From a bacterium (GTDB lineage: Bacteria > JAMCPX01): DNA of 64,000 nucleotides. Location: contig JAJYUJ010000006.1 in NCBI GenBank assembly GCA_021792615.1, forward strand, positions 15,700 to 79,699. The letters are read 5' to 3'. How positions within the stretch are numbered: the stretch's first letter is position 1; the number at the start of each line of letters is the position of its first letter. Shown in pieces: positions 1 through 9,469 of the stretch. Below the pieces are notes generated by a model. That model ran no database searches, was not told where the DNA came from, and saw only the letters and a program-made list of their open reading frames with translations. The translations under genes and the position numbers were made by a program.

Positions 1-371
1 ACCATAGCGGTAACATAGGACACCGAATAATGCGGCAGAGGGAGGTTCAGTATATTGAGAATATTGTTATACTTTATCTCCACATCTCCGAGCATGCTTA
101 ATTTTAACTTGAGCATGCCGATCTGCTTCTTGAGAGCGGTATTTTCTTTTTTGACATGAACAAGATCGATATAGTTCGTCCAGATTTCTTTCAGTCCGTT
201 TGCGCCACGAGCTGCAGTGGACATAACGAGTGCGCCGCCCTGAAAAATGATCCTGGAAGGATAAACAAGCGGTCCCCTGGAAAAAATATCCGAATAGGCA
301 AGCTGAAAAGATACGACGAGAATCAGTATCGCAATAATATGCCGGTGATGTTTGACAAGCCAGTCCCACAT
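1..371 (-). CDS. mreC: rod shape-determining protein MreC, N-terminal portion (gene continues beyond window start)
   Basis: Minus-strand frame opening with ATG at 371-369 stays open to position 1. Translation MWDWLVKHHRHIIAILILVVSFQLAYSDIFSRGPLV...ENTALKKQIGMLKLKLSMLGDVEIKYNNIL shows an N-terminal TM anchor followed by a coiled coil, as in MreC. It lies directly downstream of mreB in the canonical order. It is absent from the ORF track because there is no stop codon in the window. Confidence 0.6.
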   Translation of the reverse strand, partial: MWDWLVKHHRHIIAILILVVSFQLAYSDIFSRGPLVYPSRIIFQGGALVMSTAARGANGLKEIWTNYIDLVHVKKENTALKKQIGMLKLKLSMLGDVEIKYNNILNILNLPLPHYSVSYVTAM

Positions 372-487
372 AGTATTATCTCTTCGTTACGCAAAAAAAT
401 ACCGGCACATCAAAAGGGATAAAAGGCCCTCTTTATGCTCCCGGAATACATGCGACGGATAATGGGTTATGTGATGCACCGGATCCT

Positions 488-1525
488 TCATGTAACCAGG
501 ACCTTGCCGAGCCTTCCCAGTTCATCGAGTACTTTACCGCTTCCCTTTACGACGCTCGTCAGCGGATCGTCGACAAGGATCACCGGCAGTCCGGTGTGTT
601 CCCGTATCAGCACGTCAAGGTTTCGGAGCATGGAGCCTCCGCCGGAAAGCACGATACCTCTTTCAACAATATCCGCGGCAAGTTCCGGCGGAGTATGCTC
701 GAGCGCTTCTTTGATAACATCGATGATCGATTCAAGAGGTTCCTGAAGGGCCTCCCGTATTTCCTCGTCCGTTATCTCGAGTACCTTCGGTATACCGGTG
801 AGCAGGTCCCTTCCGCGCACGTCAAACTTCAGAGGAGTATTGAGCGGATAGGCGCTGCCTATGGATATTTTTATCTCTTCAGCCGTCGACTCTCCGATCA
901 GCATGTTGTATTTTTTCTTCATGTAATTGACCATGGCCGTGTCCATCTTATCACCGCCTACCTTTATCGATCTCGAATAGACAATGCCCGACAAGGATAT
1001 CACGGCAACACCCGTGGTCCCGCCGCCTATATCCACAATCATGTTTCCCGAGGGCTTTGTTATATCAAGCCCTGCCCCGATAGCGGCTGCCATCGGTTCT
1101 TCTATAAGAAACACTTCTTTTGCGCCCGCGGATTCGGCGGATTCCTTGACCGCCTTCTTCTCCACCGGCGTGAGGCCGAGCGGAATGCAAACAATGATCC
1201 TCGGTCTCATCAACGTGTAGTGGTTATTCTGTGCCTTGTTTATGAAGTACTTGAGCATCTGCTCCGTAACGTAAAAATCCGCTATCACACCCTCCCGGAG
1301 AGGCCGTATCGCAGATATGTTTCCCGGGGTCCTTCCCAGCATTTTCTTTGCATCATTCCCCACGGCAAGTATTTTTTTGATGCCATGACTGTCCGTATAG
1401 ATTGCAACAACCGATGGTTCATTCGCAACAATGCCCTTCCCCTTTACATAGACAAGCGTGTTTGCGGTCCCGAGGTCTATGCTCAGATCGTTCGAAAATA
1501 AACTTACAAAGAATCCAGTCATCAT
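488..1525 (-). CDS. mreB: rod shape-determining actin-like protein MreB
   Basis: 345-aa ORF with N-terminus FSNDLSIDLGTANTLVYV and actin-fold motifs (DIGGGTT, LSGGG) throughout; typical MreB length. Confidence 0.9.
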   Translation of the reverse strand: MMTGFFVSLFSNDLSIDLGTANTLVYVKGKGIVANEPSVVAIYTDSHGIKKILAVGNDAKKMLGRTPGNISAIRPLREGVIADFYVTEQMLKYFINKAQNNHYTLMRPRIIVCIPLGLTPVEKKAVKESAESAGAKEVFLIEEPMAAAIGAGLDITKPSGNMIVDIGGGTTGVAVISLSGIVYSRSIKVGGDKMDTAMVNYMKKKYNMLIGESTAEEIKISIGSAYPLNTPLKFDVRGRDLLTGIPKVLEITDEEIREALQEPLESIIDVIKEALEHTPPELAADIVERGIVLSGGGSMLRNLDVLIREHTGLPVILVDDPLTSVVKGSGKVLDELGRLGKVLVT

Positions 1526-1530
1526 ATCTC

Positions 1531-2715
1531 CTAAAACCGTTTTAGTCTCAATGCATTGATCTTGATAAATCCCTCTGCATCTTTCTGATTATACACGTAT
1601 TCCTCTTCGAAGGTAGCCAGTGACTGATTGTAGAGCGAATACGGGGATCTTCTTCCGGCAACGGTTACATTCCCCTTGTATAATTTCAGCCGTACATCCC
1701 CGGTCACCCTCTGTTGTGTTTCATCGATGAACTTCTGCAGCGCTATCCTTTCGGGTGAAAACCAGTAACCGTAATAAACCATTTCGGCATAGCGTGTAAT
1801 CATGCTGTCCTTCATATGGTAAACTTCCCTGTCGAGTGTTATGGATTCCATGGCCCTGTGCGCGTAATGCAGAATGGTGCCGCCCGGCGTTTCATAAACA
1901 CCCCTTGATTTTATACCGACATACCTGTTCTCGACGAGATCGACCCTTCCGATTCCGTTCCGGCCGCCAATCTTGTTGAGTTCCTGAAGCAGGGCAAGCG
2001 GTTTCATCTTCCTGCCGTTCAAAGCCACCGGATTCCCTTTTTCGTACGATACCTGCAGGTAGGCAGGCCTGTCAGGTGCTTTTTCCGGCGGGGTCATAAG
2101 GGTGTACATGTCTGACGGGGGCTCTGCCCATGGGTCTTCCAGGATACCTCCTTCGTAGCTTATATGGAATATGTTCCTGTCGCTCGAATACGGCTTATCT
2201 TTTGTTGCGGCAACCGGGATGCCGTGTTTTTTGGAATACTCGATGAGCTGTGTACGCGATTTGAATTCCCATTCCCTCCACGGCGTTATAACGCGGATCT
2301 TGGGATTTATCGTATAGTACGTCAATTCGAATCTGACCTGATCGTTACCCTTCCCCGTCGCACCGTGCGAGACCGTATCAGCCCCGACCTCTTTCGCCAG
2401 TTCCATTTGTGTTTTAGCGATTAAGGGCCTTGCGATAGATGTTCCCAGCAGATACGCACCTTCATATATTGCATCTGCTCTGAGCATCGGAAAAATATAA
2501 TCCGATACAAAAACATCTTTAACGTCTTTTATGTAAGCTGCTTTTGCACCTGTCTTCAAAGCCTTGGCTTTAATAGCTTTCAGGTCTTCACCCTGGCCAA
2601 GGTCCGCTATAAATGCGATGACCTCGCAATGATACGTTTCCTTCAGCCAGCTCAGGATAACGGACGTATCCAGGCCGCCTGAATATGCTACAACAACCTT
2701 CTTTACCTCTTTCAC
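1531..2715 (-). CDS. argG: argininosuccinate synthase
   Basis: 394-aa ORF. The N-terminal PP-loop AYSGGLDTS and overall length and sequence are typical of ArgG. It is separated by 5 bp from mreB and 2 bp from the upstream gene. Confidence 0.9.
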   Translation of the reverse strand: MKEVKKVVVAYSGGLDTSVILSWLKETYHCEVIAFIADLGQGEDLKAIKAKALKTGAKAAYIKDVKDVFVSDYIFPMLRADAIYEGAYLLGTSIARPLIAKTQMELAKEVGADTVSHGATGKGNDQVRFELTYYTINPKIRVITPWREWEFKSRTQLIEYSKKHGIPVAATKDKPYSSDRNIFHISYEGGILEDPWAEPPSDMYTLMTPPEKAPDRPAYLQVSYEKGNPVALNGRKMKPLALLQELNKIGGRNGIGRVDLVENRYVGIKSRGVYETPGGTILHYAHRAMESITLDREVYHMKDSMITRYAEMVYYGYWFSPERIALQKFIDETQQRVTGDVRLKLYKGNVTVAGRRSPYSLYNQSLATFEEEYVYNQKDAEGFIKINALRLKRF

Positions 2716-2717
2716 TT

Positions 2718-3308
2718 CTACCTCCTTGGATTATGAAAAGTAACGATACCATTCCTCAACAACATAGTAAGATTCCTCATAAAAAGAAATCTGTCAATAC
2801 CGCTTAAAGCAAGCAGTTCGTCGACGCTTGAATCGCCGTCTATCATGGAAATAATGTATGCAGACTCTTTTGTTAAATTGATCTTCATGATATCTTCCAT
2901 GTTTTTTTTCAATTTTACGGCTGAGCCGGTATCACCAACCTCGCTTAAATAATCTTTCAACAACAATCCCTTCGTCGTATCAAGGAATTTCTGCGCTTTC
3001 TCGTCTTCGGGATTTTCGTGAATGATCATCTGGAGCAGTTCATAAGCGGGATCGAATTGGTTCTTGCCTATCAACCGTATGGCCTCCTCAAGCAATTCCC
3101 TGTAAATTACTTTTTTATCTTCGAACGGCACTTCTTCCTCTATCGAACGGATGTAATCCATCGCGAGTTCGTTGCCGGGATCGGCCGCAAGCACTTTTTT
3201 CCACATTTTCTGGGCAGCAACAAAATCTCCCTGGGCGAAGCTGTCGAGTCCGGATTCGAAAATGTGCAGGATCTTTTCGTTTTTTAAAATGTCTTCGGGA
3301 TTGTTCAT
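2718..3308 (-). CDS. TPR-like protein with C-terminal ~45-aa domain shared with the upstream J-domain protein; putative co-factor of the adjacent Hsp70 paralog
   Basis: 196-aa ORF. Its start overlaps the Hsp70 paralog stop by 4 nt. The N-terminal region is helical and TPR-like ([32 protein letters not shown]). The C-terminal segment [30 protein letters not shown] aligns with the N-terminus of the 4888-6036 protein (LTPIEGYLLSRVDGVSSVDDLASLSGLPYD). Confidence 0.55.
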   Translation of the reverse strand: MNNPEDILKNEKILHIFESGLDSFAQGDFVAAQKMWKKVLAADPGNELAMDYIRSIEEEVPFEDKKVIYRELLEEAIRLIGKNQFDPAYELLQMIIHENPEDEKAQKFLDTTKGLLLKDYLSEVGDTGSAVKLKKNMEDIMKINLTKESAYIISMIDGDSSVDELLALSGIDRFLFMRNLTMLLRNGIVTFHNPRR

Positions 3309-4891
3309 TCTTCGTCTTTCAGATCGATTTCGTACAGGTGAGCTTCGTCCGACATGACCTTTATTTCGTCATCGGTAAGCTTGCTGCTCGACATTATCTC
3401 GATTTTACTCTCGAGCCCCGTGTCTATATCGACCGCCGATACGTTTACTATCCCGTTATTGTCGATATCGAAGCTCACGTCTATTCTGGGCTCACCTTTT
3501 TTCGTCATTCGTATACCGGAGAGTATAAATTCCCCGAGCAGTTCGTTCTCCTCTGCCGATTGGTTTTCTCCCTGGAAAACCCTTATTCTGACAGCGGTCT
3601 GGTTATCGTAGGATGTTGTAAAGGTATGACTCTTTTTTACCGGGATGGTGGTATTCCGCTCTATTATCTTTGCGAATTCCCCGCCGTGCGTTTCAATGCC
3701 GAGAGACAGGGGCGTAACATCGAGAAGCAGCATATCGCTCGAACCTTCCGAAAGCGCTGCTCCGTCTATTGCCGCTCCTATGGCTACCACTTCGTCAGGA
3801 TTTACACCCTTATGTGATGCCTTTCCAAAAAATTTTTTTACCCTTTCGACGAGCAAGGGCATCCTGGTCTGTCCGCCGACGAGAATGATCTCATTGATAT
3901 CGGTCGATTTGATACCGGCATTCTTCAGTGCTTCCTGAACGATGTCTATGGTTTTGCTGATGAGGTCCTCGGATAATTGCTCGAGTTCGTTACGGGTAAT
4001 CCTCCGGGTATAGTGCCGCGGCCCTGTCTTATCATAAGCAATGAAAGGGAGATTGACCGTCGATTCCATGGCACCGGAAAGTTCTATCTTCGTTTTCTCC
4101 CCCGCCTCTTTTAACCGCTGCAGTGCCATTCTGTCCGAACCGAGGTCCGCACCAATGGTCTCTTTTATTTCCTTTATAAAAAGCTGGATAAGCCTGTTAT
4201 CGATGTCCTCACCTCCGAGGTACGTATCGCCGGCCGTCGATATAACTTCGAACACACCTTTATGAATTTCCAGTATCGAAACGTCGAATGTCCCTCCGCC
4301 GAAATCATAAACAAGCACCTTCTCGTTATCGACGTGTCTGTTCAATCCATACGCTATCGCAGCGGCCGTCGGTTCATTGATGATCCTCATGACATCGAGT
4401 CCTGCGATCTTCCCTGCGTCTTTCGTTGCCTGCCGCTGATTATCGTTAAAATAAGCAGGTACCGTTATAACCGCCTCCTTCACTTCTTCGGAGAGGTATT
4501 CCTCGGCCACTTTCTTCATCTCTATGAGAATCATGGCGGAGACTTCCGGAATGCTGTAGTCTTTACCGCTGATAGTGATCCGGACATCTTCGTTGGGTCC
4601 CTGGGTCAGCTTGTACGCTATATTTTTTTTGGCAACCTCGACCTCCTGAGAATCGAACCTCCTGCCGATGAGCCTCTTAAAGGCAAACACCGTGTTGTCC
4701 GGGTTGATAACGGCCTGACGTTTTGCCAGATTGCCGACGAGCTTTTTGTTATCCTTTGTTATCGCAAAATACGATGGTGTTATCCTGTAACCGGCCTTAT
4801 TTGGAACCACGATAGGTTGTTTGTTTGCCATGACTGCAACACATGAATTTGTCGTACCAAGATCTATTCCAATAACTTTACTCATAATCAA
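3305..4891 (-). CDS. Hsp70-family ATPase, short paralog (HscC-like: NBD + substrate-binding beta domain, truncated lid), not canonical DnaK
   Basis: 528 aa. It carries Hsp70 signatures IDLGTTNS, DFGGGTFDVS and VLVGGQTRMP, and the SBD beta segment LLDVTPLSLGIET. It is about 110 aa shorter than DnaK at the C-terminus. No grpE or dnaJ-type Zn-finger protein is adjacent; instead it is flanked by a J-domain/TPR protein and a TPR protein with 4-nt overlaps on both sides. Confidence 0.8.
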   Translation of the reverse strand: MIMSKVIGIDLGTTNSCVAVMANKQPIVVPNKAGYRITPSYFAITKDNKKLVGNLAKRQAVINPDNTVFAFKRLIGRRFDSQEVEVAKKNIAYKLTQGPNEDVRITISGKDYSIPEVSAMILIEMKKVAEEYLSEEVKEAVITVPAYFNDNQRQATKDAGKIAGLDVMRIINEPTAAAIAYGLNRHVDNEKVLVYDFGGGTFDVSILEIHKGVFEVISTAGDTYLGGEDIDNRLIQLFIKEIKETIGADLGSDRMALQRLKEAGEKTKIELSGAMESTVNLPFIAYDKTGPRHYTRRITRNELEQLSEDLISKTIDIVQEALKNAGIKSTDINEIILVGGQTRMPLLVERVKKFFGKASHKGVNPDEVVAIGAAIDGAALSEGSSDMLLLDVTPLSLGIETHGGEFAKIIERNTTIPVKKSHTFTTSYDNQTAVRIRVFQGENQSAEENELLGEFILSGIRMTKKGEPRIDVSFDIDNNGIVNVSAVDIDTGLESKIEIMSSSKLTDDEIKVMSDEAHLYEIDLKDEE

Positions 4892-6036
4892 TCCTCTATT
4901 AAAGATTTTATTTCTTGTATCATTGTCTCTGCATGAGAATCAGCAGGCTTTATGTTTTTAATAGTCTCATACACCTTTAAGGCGTTTCTGTATAGCTTAA
5001 ATTTCATATATATTTCTCCGAGCAGTTCGTATGCCCTTACATTGTTCGCATCGTATTCTATTGCCATCTGGGTATAATCCCTGGCATTCAGCAAGTCATT
5101 ATGTTTTAGATAATAATGTGCCATGAGTAAAGGTATTCTTGAGTCCCGGACATCCTTCAATGCAGCCATTTCACCCAGGACCTGCTGCAGCATATTTTTG
5201 TCCAGCCTTTCCTTCATAAGAGCAATCTTCTGTTCCAGTGCGGATTCAAGGGACCGGGGGTTCTCGATTTTTACCGTCTCCTCACTCTGCACGGATTGCA
5301 TGGGCTCGACAAAGGGCGGCTCTTGAAACTTTACCGTCTCTTCGGTATTTGCCGATTTTATCGTCTCTTCTCTCCTGACGGACTGAGCGGATGTGATACG
5401 CGGCGGTTTTTGATACTCTGCCGTCTCTTCGGTATTCACTGATTTTATCGTACGGGCACCTGTATTGTCCGGTGGTGCAGCCCTCTGCGTCCGGGATGCC
5501 GGTGTGTTTGCATTTACCAGTGCGGCATCATACCATTGTTTTTTCTGCGGATCGTAAAGAACTTCATACGCCTCCGAAAGCTTCTTAAAAATTGCGTTGA
5601 GTTTGACCTTATAATCGCCTATATTTTTTTTGAAATACCTGTCCGGATGGTAAATCTTCGATAGTTCAAAAAATTTTGCCTTCACCTGATCAGGCTTTAC
5701 CTGAAGAGGTACGGATAGTATCTGATAAAACGTTCCGTTTTTTACGGTATCGGTCATTTTTTCTATGGCGCTCTTTTCATCTTCACTCAGGTCAACATCG
5801 TTATTTTCTTTATTGCCCGCAGGTTCCAACCCGTCGATCAGAAAAACTTTTTTATTCCAGAGACCCTTGATAACTTCAAGCGCCTGGTCATAGGGCAACC
5901 CGCTCAGAGAGGCAAGGTCGTCAACGGAACTTACACCATCTACTCTCGACAGCAAATATCCCTCTATCGGCGTCAGCTTCAGAGTGTTGTATGATAGCGA
6001 AGAATTCAGTTTTGGCACCCCTTTTATAAATTCCAT
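4888..6036 (-). CDS. J-domain (DnaJ-like) co-chaperone with N-terminal shared domain, tandem 29-aa linker repeats and C-terminal TPR
   Basis: 382 aa. It has a J-domain with HPD motif (FYQILSVPLQVKPDQVKAKFFELSKIYHPDRY...YEVLYDPQKKQWYD) but no DnaJ Zn-finger or C-terminal domains. The linker carries two to three tandem ~29-aa units (IKSVNTEETAEYQKPPRITSAQSVRREET / IKSANTEETVKFQEPPFVEPMQSVQSEET), visible as ~90-bp DNA repeats at about 5270-5500. The C-terminal region is TPR-like. The N-terminal 60 aa share a domain with the 2718-3308 protein. Confidence 0.75.
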   Translation of the reverse strand: MEFIKGVPKLNSSLSYNTLKLTPIEGYLLSRVDGVSSVDDLASLSGLPYDQALEVIKGLWNKKVFLIDGLEPAGNKENNDVDLSEDEKSAIEKMTDTVKNGTFYQILSVPLQVKPDQVKAKFFELSKIYHPDRYFKKNIGDYKVKLNAIFKKLSEAYEVLYDPQKKQWYDAALVNANTPASRTQRAAPPDNTGARTIKSVNTEETAEYQKPPRITSAQSVRREETIKSANTEETVKFQEPPFVEPMQSVQSEETVKIENPRSLESALEQKIALMKERLDKNMLQQVLGEMAALKDVRDSRIPLLMAHYYLKHNDLLNARDYTQMAIEYDANNVRAYELLGEIYMKFKLYRNALKVYETIKNIKPADSHAETMIQEIKSLIED

Positions 6037-6086
6037 ACGATAAGATCTCTACCTCTCTCCATGAATAAACCCAGGATATTCGCAAC

Positions 6087-6317
6087 CTATCCTATAATCT
6101 CAAGGTTATATCTTTTCCCCCTTTTACCGCTTGCGGCGAGAAGGATCGTCCGAATGGCTTTGGCATGATTGCCTTCTTTCCCTACGATTTTCCCGACATC
6201 GTTTTTGGCGACCTTCAGTTCGAGTACAACAGTATGCTCACCCTCAATTTCCGTAACATTAACCTCCTCCGGATTATCCACCATGGCCTTCGCTATCTTT
6301 TCTATGAGCTCCTTCAT
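6087..6317 (-). CDS. KH-domain RNA-binding protein (YlqC/UPF0109-like)
   Basis: 76 aa with KH core [22 protein letters not shown] (GXXG loop); size and pattern match the small KH-domain family. Confidence 0.7.
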   Translation of the reverse strand: MKELIEKIAKAMVDNPEEVNVTEIEGEHTVVLELKVAKNDVGKIVGKEGNHAKAIRTILLAASGKRGKRYNLEIIG

Positions 6318-6327
6318 CTTACCCTCC

Positions 6328-6618
6328 TTATTTTTTTATACTCCCTATTTTCTGCCTTTTGAGCATTTCTTCTTTGTACTTTGAATAAAGTATCTTCCAT
6401 TCCTCGCTTCCCTCCGGAACCCTTTTGGATAATGAGGCTATTTTATCCCTCACTGAGTTATCGATGGATTCATTGAAGTTTTCAAAGTCCGCAAATCCGT
6501 TTTTAATAAGGGCGAGTATTTCCCCTCTTCTGGTAGGATCGATAAGGTTTTTTTCCATAAGCCGGCTGACGATGTCATGGGAAAGTTTGCTTATTCTTTC
6601 ATCACTCAAGCGGCTCAT
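6328..6618 (-). CDS. DUF507 family protein
   Basis: 96-aa charged helical protein ([14 protein letters not shown]...). It is a paralog of the adjacent 6615-6896 ORF, overlapping it by 4 nt; DUF507 genes typically occur as such pairs. Confidence 0.55.
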   Translation of the reverse strand: MSRLSDERISKLSHDIVSRLMEKNLIDPTRRGEILALIKNGFADFENFNESIDNSVRDKIASLSKRVPEGSEEWKILYSKYKEEMLKRQKIGSIKK

Positions 6619-6896
6619 ATGATGAGCTTCCTTTCTTTTATAAGCTGCTGCTTGATCATATTGAAAAGTTTGTTGTAATCCAGCTTTCCCGACTTGAGTT
6701 CCGAATCATACCTTTCCATAATGTCCTTAACTTCTTCATTCAGCCTGTCTTCCAATTTCATATCCTCTGCAATGATGGCATAAATGGCAAGGCTTATATC
6801 TTCCCTTTTGGCCTGTTTCAGGAGCAGATTCTTGTCCACGATCATCTTGGACAAAAAGTCGCTTAATCCTCTCATCTCTTCACTGTTCAACTTCAT
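6615..6896 (-). CDS. DUF507 family protein (paralog)
   Basis: 93 aa with the same architecture as its neighbour (LSDFLSKMIVDKNLL vs [15 protein letters not shown]). Confidence 0.55.
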   Translation of the reverse strand: MKLNSEEMRGLSDFLSKMIVDKNLLLKQAKREDISLAIYAIIAEDMKLEDRLNEEVKDIMERYDSELKSGKLDYNKLFNMIKQQLIKERKLII

Positions 6897-6945
6897 TTTA
6901 TTTTACAACCTTTTCTATTTCTTTCTTAAGCAAGAATTTAACCGC

Positions 6946-7422
6946 TTACACGTACATTTTCTTCCAACCCGGTTTCACCTTTTTCTTGCCGCACTGCTTG
7001 CAGATACCGAATATCTCCAATCTGTGAAAAATGGGCGCAAAGCCCGTGTTGCTGGATGCCTTATCTTTTAATTTTTCTATTTCTGCATCTTTAAATTCTG
7101 TGACCGAGCCGCACCGGATACAGATCAGATGGTCGTGCTGAACAGAGGGTTCGTCATTGATTTCATATCTGGTAAAACCGTCCTTAAAATCAACCTCACG
7201 AGCAAAGCCGTACCTGACGAGGAGTTTGAGTGTCCTGTAAACCGTAACGAAACCTATGCCTGCCCGGATTTTTTTTACTATTTCATACAGTTCGTCTGCA
7301 TTGAGATGCTTATTGCTTGCAACAAAGGCACGGATAATGGCATTCCTTTTTTCACTGTTTCTGAACCCTTTTTTATCAAGTTCTGAAATGATTTTATTCT
7401 GAAAAATCAACTTTCTATCCAT
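6946..7422 (-). CDS. Fur-family metal-responsive transcriptional regulator
   Basis: Sequence from MDRKLIFQNKIISELDKKGFRNSEKRNAIIRAFVASNKHLNADELYEIVKK... shows a winged-helix N-domain and the C-terminal metal site HDHLICIRCGSV...CKQCGKK (HxH and CxxC motifs), as in Fur/Zur/PerR. The start is taken at ATG 7422; the ORF-track start at 7533 adds 37 non-Fur-like residues. Confidence 0.75.
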   Translation of the reverse strand: MDRKLIFQNKIISELDKKGFRNSEKRNAIIRAFVASNKHLNADELYEIVKKIRAGIGFVTVYRTLKLLVRYGFAREVDFKDGFTRYEINDEPSVQHDHLICIRCGSVTEFKDAEIEKLKDKASSNTGFAPIFHRLEIFGICKQCGKKKVKPGWKKMYV

Positions 7423-7548
7423 AGTATGCCTTTTACCAGAAATACGGTGTATGTCAACTCTGCCGGTCCGTATCATGGAGGATTTTAAAACGTTACCTGC
7501 CCTTTCTGCCGGTAATTGTTCAAAGAAAAACAATCACCGTAAACGATA

Positions 7549-7577
7549 TTGACAATATAGTTATTGTTTGTATTTAA
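7549..7577 (+). promoter_or_regulatory. candidate sigma70 promoter (TTGACA-N16/17-TATTTA) for the C1 peptidase gene, with a 16-bp palindrome ACAATATAGTTATTGT (7552-7567) in the spacer
   Basis: The -35 match TTGACA is at 7549-7554 and the -10-like TATTTA at 7571-7576. RBS AAAGGAGG lies at 7594-7601 and the ATG at 7606. The palindrome overlaps the spacer, which is the classic position for a repressor operator, and the fur-family gene is divergently adjacent. Confidence 0.3.
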
Positions 7578-7605
7578 ATTGTTACAAACCTTAAAAGGAG
7601 GCTTT

Positions 7606-8346
7606 ATGATAAAAAGACATTACGGGTGGCGGCCGGACGTACCGGATCAAAGGGATTTTTTGTACTCGAGGGTGGTCAGGATACCGAAAAAACTGCCTGG
7701 TATAATCGATCTGAGGGTGCACTGTTCTGCCGTCGAGGATCAGGGTGATCTTGGAAGCTGCACGGCCAATGCACTTGCCGGAAATATCGAATATCTTGAA
7801 AACATCCAGGCCCGGAAATTCGAGGATAAAAGCAGGCTTTTCATCTACTACAACGAACGATCCCTGGAAGGACATGTGGGGGAAGACAGCGGTGCCATGC
7901 TCAGGGACGGGATTAAGGTATGTGCAAAGTACGGAGCATGTGACGAACGTATATGGCCATATACCATAAATAAATTCGCACTTAAACCGGATAAAAAGGC
8001 ATACGCGGACGGAAAGAAACATCTGATCGTATCGTATCACAGGATTCTGACCACAGACGAGATGCGTACATGCCTTGCGGAAGGATTTCCTTTTGTGTTT
8101 GGTTTCGCGGTTTATGAGAGCTTCGAGACACAGCGGGTCGCAAGCACCGGTGTCGTCAATATGCCCGGAAAGTCGGAAAGGATGCTCGGCGGGCATGCTG
8201 TCATGGCCGTTGGCTACGTTGATAAAGTAAAGAGGTTCATTGTGAGGAATTCATGGGGCGAAGACTGGGGTGTGCGCGGATATTTCACGCTGCCGTATAA
8301 ATACATGCAGACACTCGCCGATGACTTCTGGACCATACGGAAGTAG
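7606..8346 (+). CDS. papain-like cysteine peptidase (family C1), no signal peptide
   Basis: Active-site Cys context QGDLGSCTANA, His context GGHAVMAVGY and the Asn/Trp motif NSWGEDWG are all present. The start is chosen at ATG 7606, which is preceded by AAAGGAGG. There is no N-terminal hydrophobic signal, which predicts a cytoplasmic location. Confidence 0.8.
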   Translation: MIKRHYGWRPDVPDQRDFLYSRVVRIPKKLPGIIDLRVHCSAVEDQGDLGSCTANALAGNIEYLENIQARKFEDKSRLFIYYNERSLEGHVGEDSGAMLRDGIKVCAKYGACDERIWPYTINKFALKPDKKAYADGKKHLIVSYHRILTTDEMRTCLAEGFPFVFGFAVYESFETQRVASTGVVNMPGKSERMLGGHAVMAVGYVDKVKRFIVRNSWGEDWGVRGYFTLPYKYMQTLADDFWTIRK

Positions 8347-8405
8347 ATAAACCCGGAAAATGCTTAGGTGACGGGAAAGCTAAAAGAACGGGCGATTGAG
8401 AAATC

Positions 8406-8429
8406 AGGGGCTTAAAAATCTAAGCCCCT
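8406..8429. terminator. bidirectional rho-independent terminator hairpin between convergent C1 peptidase and ilvC genes
   Basis: AGGGGCTTA-AAAATC-TAAGCCCCT is a perfect 9-bp stem. It is followed by TAATTTGATT on the plus strand and a T-containing run on the minus strand. It sits 60 nt after the peptidase stop and 23 nt after the ilvC stop. Confidence 0.55.
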
Positions 8430-8452
8430 GTAATTTGATTGTTTGTCGGGAA

Positions 8453-9469
8453 CTAATTCTTGTTCTTGTCTACCAGCTTTTCTTTCTTGAGCCACGGCAT
8501 CATCTCTCTCAACTTCTGTCCGGTTTTCTCCGCAAGGTGCTCTTCGCCCTTCCTGGTCAGTGCGTTGAATACGGGCCTGTTCGCCTTATTCTCGAGGATC
8601 CATTCCTTTGCAAAACTGCCGTCCTGAATTTCCTTCAGAATCGACTTCATCTCGCACTTGACCGCGTCCGATATAACTCTCGGACCACGGGTCAGATCTC
8701 CAAATTGCGCGGTGTTGCTGACAGAGTATCTCATGTTCGACATGCCTCCTTCGTAGACAAGGTCGACGATGAGTTTCATCTCGTGAATACATTCGAAATA
8801 TGCCATCTCGGGTGCATAGCCGGCGTTAACGAGTGTCTCGAAACCGCCGAGCATAAGGGCTGTAACGCCGCCGCACAGAACAGCCTGCTCGCCGAACAGG
8901 TCGGTTTCCGTTTCTTCTTTAAAAGTCGTTTCAATAATACCTGCCCTGCCCGCACCGATGCCTGCGGCATAAGCAAGTCCTACCTCTTTCGTGTCTCCCG
9001 ATGGGTCCTGGTGTATTGCAAGCAGCGATGGCACTCCCCTGCCCTTGGTGTATTCACCTCTGACGAGATGCCCTGGACCTTTGGGAGCAACCATAAATAC
9101 GTTGACATCCGGAGAAGGGATAATCTGTCCGTAGTGTATATTAAAACCATGAGCAAACGCGAGATATGCCCCTTTCCTGAGGTTGGGTCCTATCTCTTTA
9201 CTATAAATGTCGGCCTGCAGTTCATCCGGAAGCAGGATCATGACGACATCCGCCTGTTTTACGGCATCCGCAATGTTGTACACCTTAAATCCGGCAGCCT
9301 CGGCCTTGGCCCATGATTTACCTTCCTTCCTTCCGCCTATAATAACATTCATCTTGCTTTCCTTCAGGTTGTTGGAATGACCGAATCCCTGACTTCCGTA
9401 ACCGATAATGGCTATAGTTTTACCCTTTAGCGGTTTCGTATCGATATCTTTTTCGTAATAAACTTTCAT
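8453..9469 (-). CDS. ilvC: ketol-acid reductoisomerase
   Basis: 338 aa with Rossmann motif [15 protein letters not shown]; length and sequence are typical of class-I KARI. Confidence 0.9.
   Translation of the reverse strand: MKVYYEKDIDTKPLKGKTIAIIGYGSQGFGHSNNLKESKMNVIIGGRKEGKSWAKAEAAGFKVYNIADAVKQADVVMILLPDELQADIYSKEIGPNLRKGAYLAFAHGFNIHYGQIIPSPDVNVFMVAPKGPGHLVRGEYTKGRGVPSLLAIHQDPSGDTKEVGLAYAAGIGAGRAGIIETTFKEETETDLFGEQAVLCGGVTALMLGGFETLVNAGYAPEMAYFECIHEMKLIVDLVYEGGMSNMRYSVSNTAQFGDLTRGPRVISDAVKCEMKSILKEIQDGSFAKEWILENKANRPVFNALTRKGEEHLAEKTGQKLREMMPWLKKEKLVDKNKN

Noticed and set aside
67-369. 100-aa minus-strand ORF at the window start
   Set aside because: It overlaps the mreC frame, which gives a clear MreC N-terminus in a different frame. 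Its product is Cys/Trp/Arg-rich and unlike any protein family.
596-1501. 301-aa ORF on the plus strand
   Set aside because: It is entirely antisense to the well-supported mreB CDS and has biased, Arg/His-rich composition. It is a typical shadow ORF.
8396-9316. 306-aa plus-strand ORF
   Set aside because: Antisense to ilvC; a shadow ORF of a high-confidence gene.
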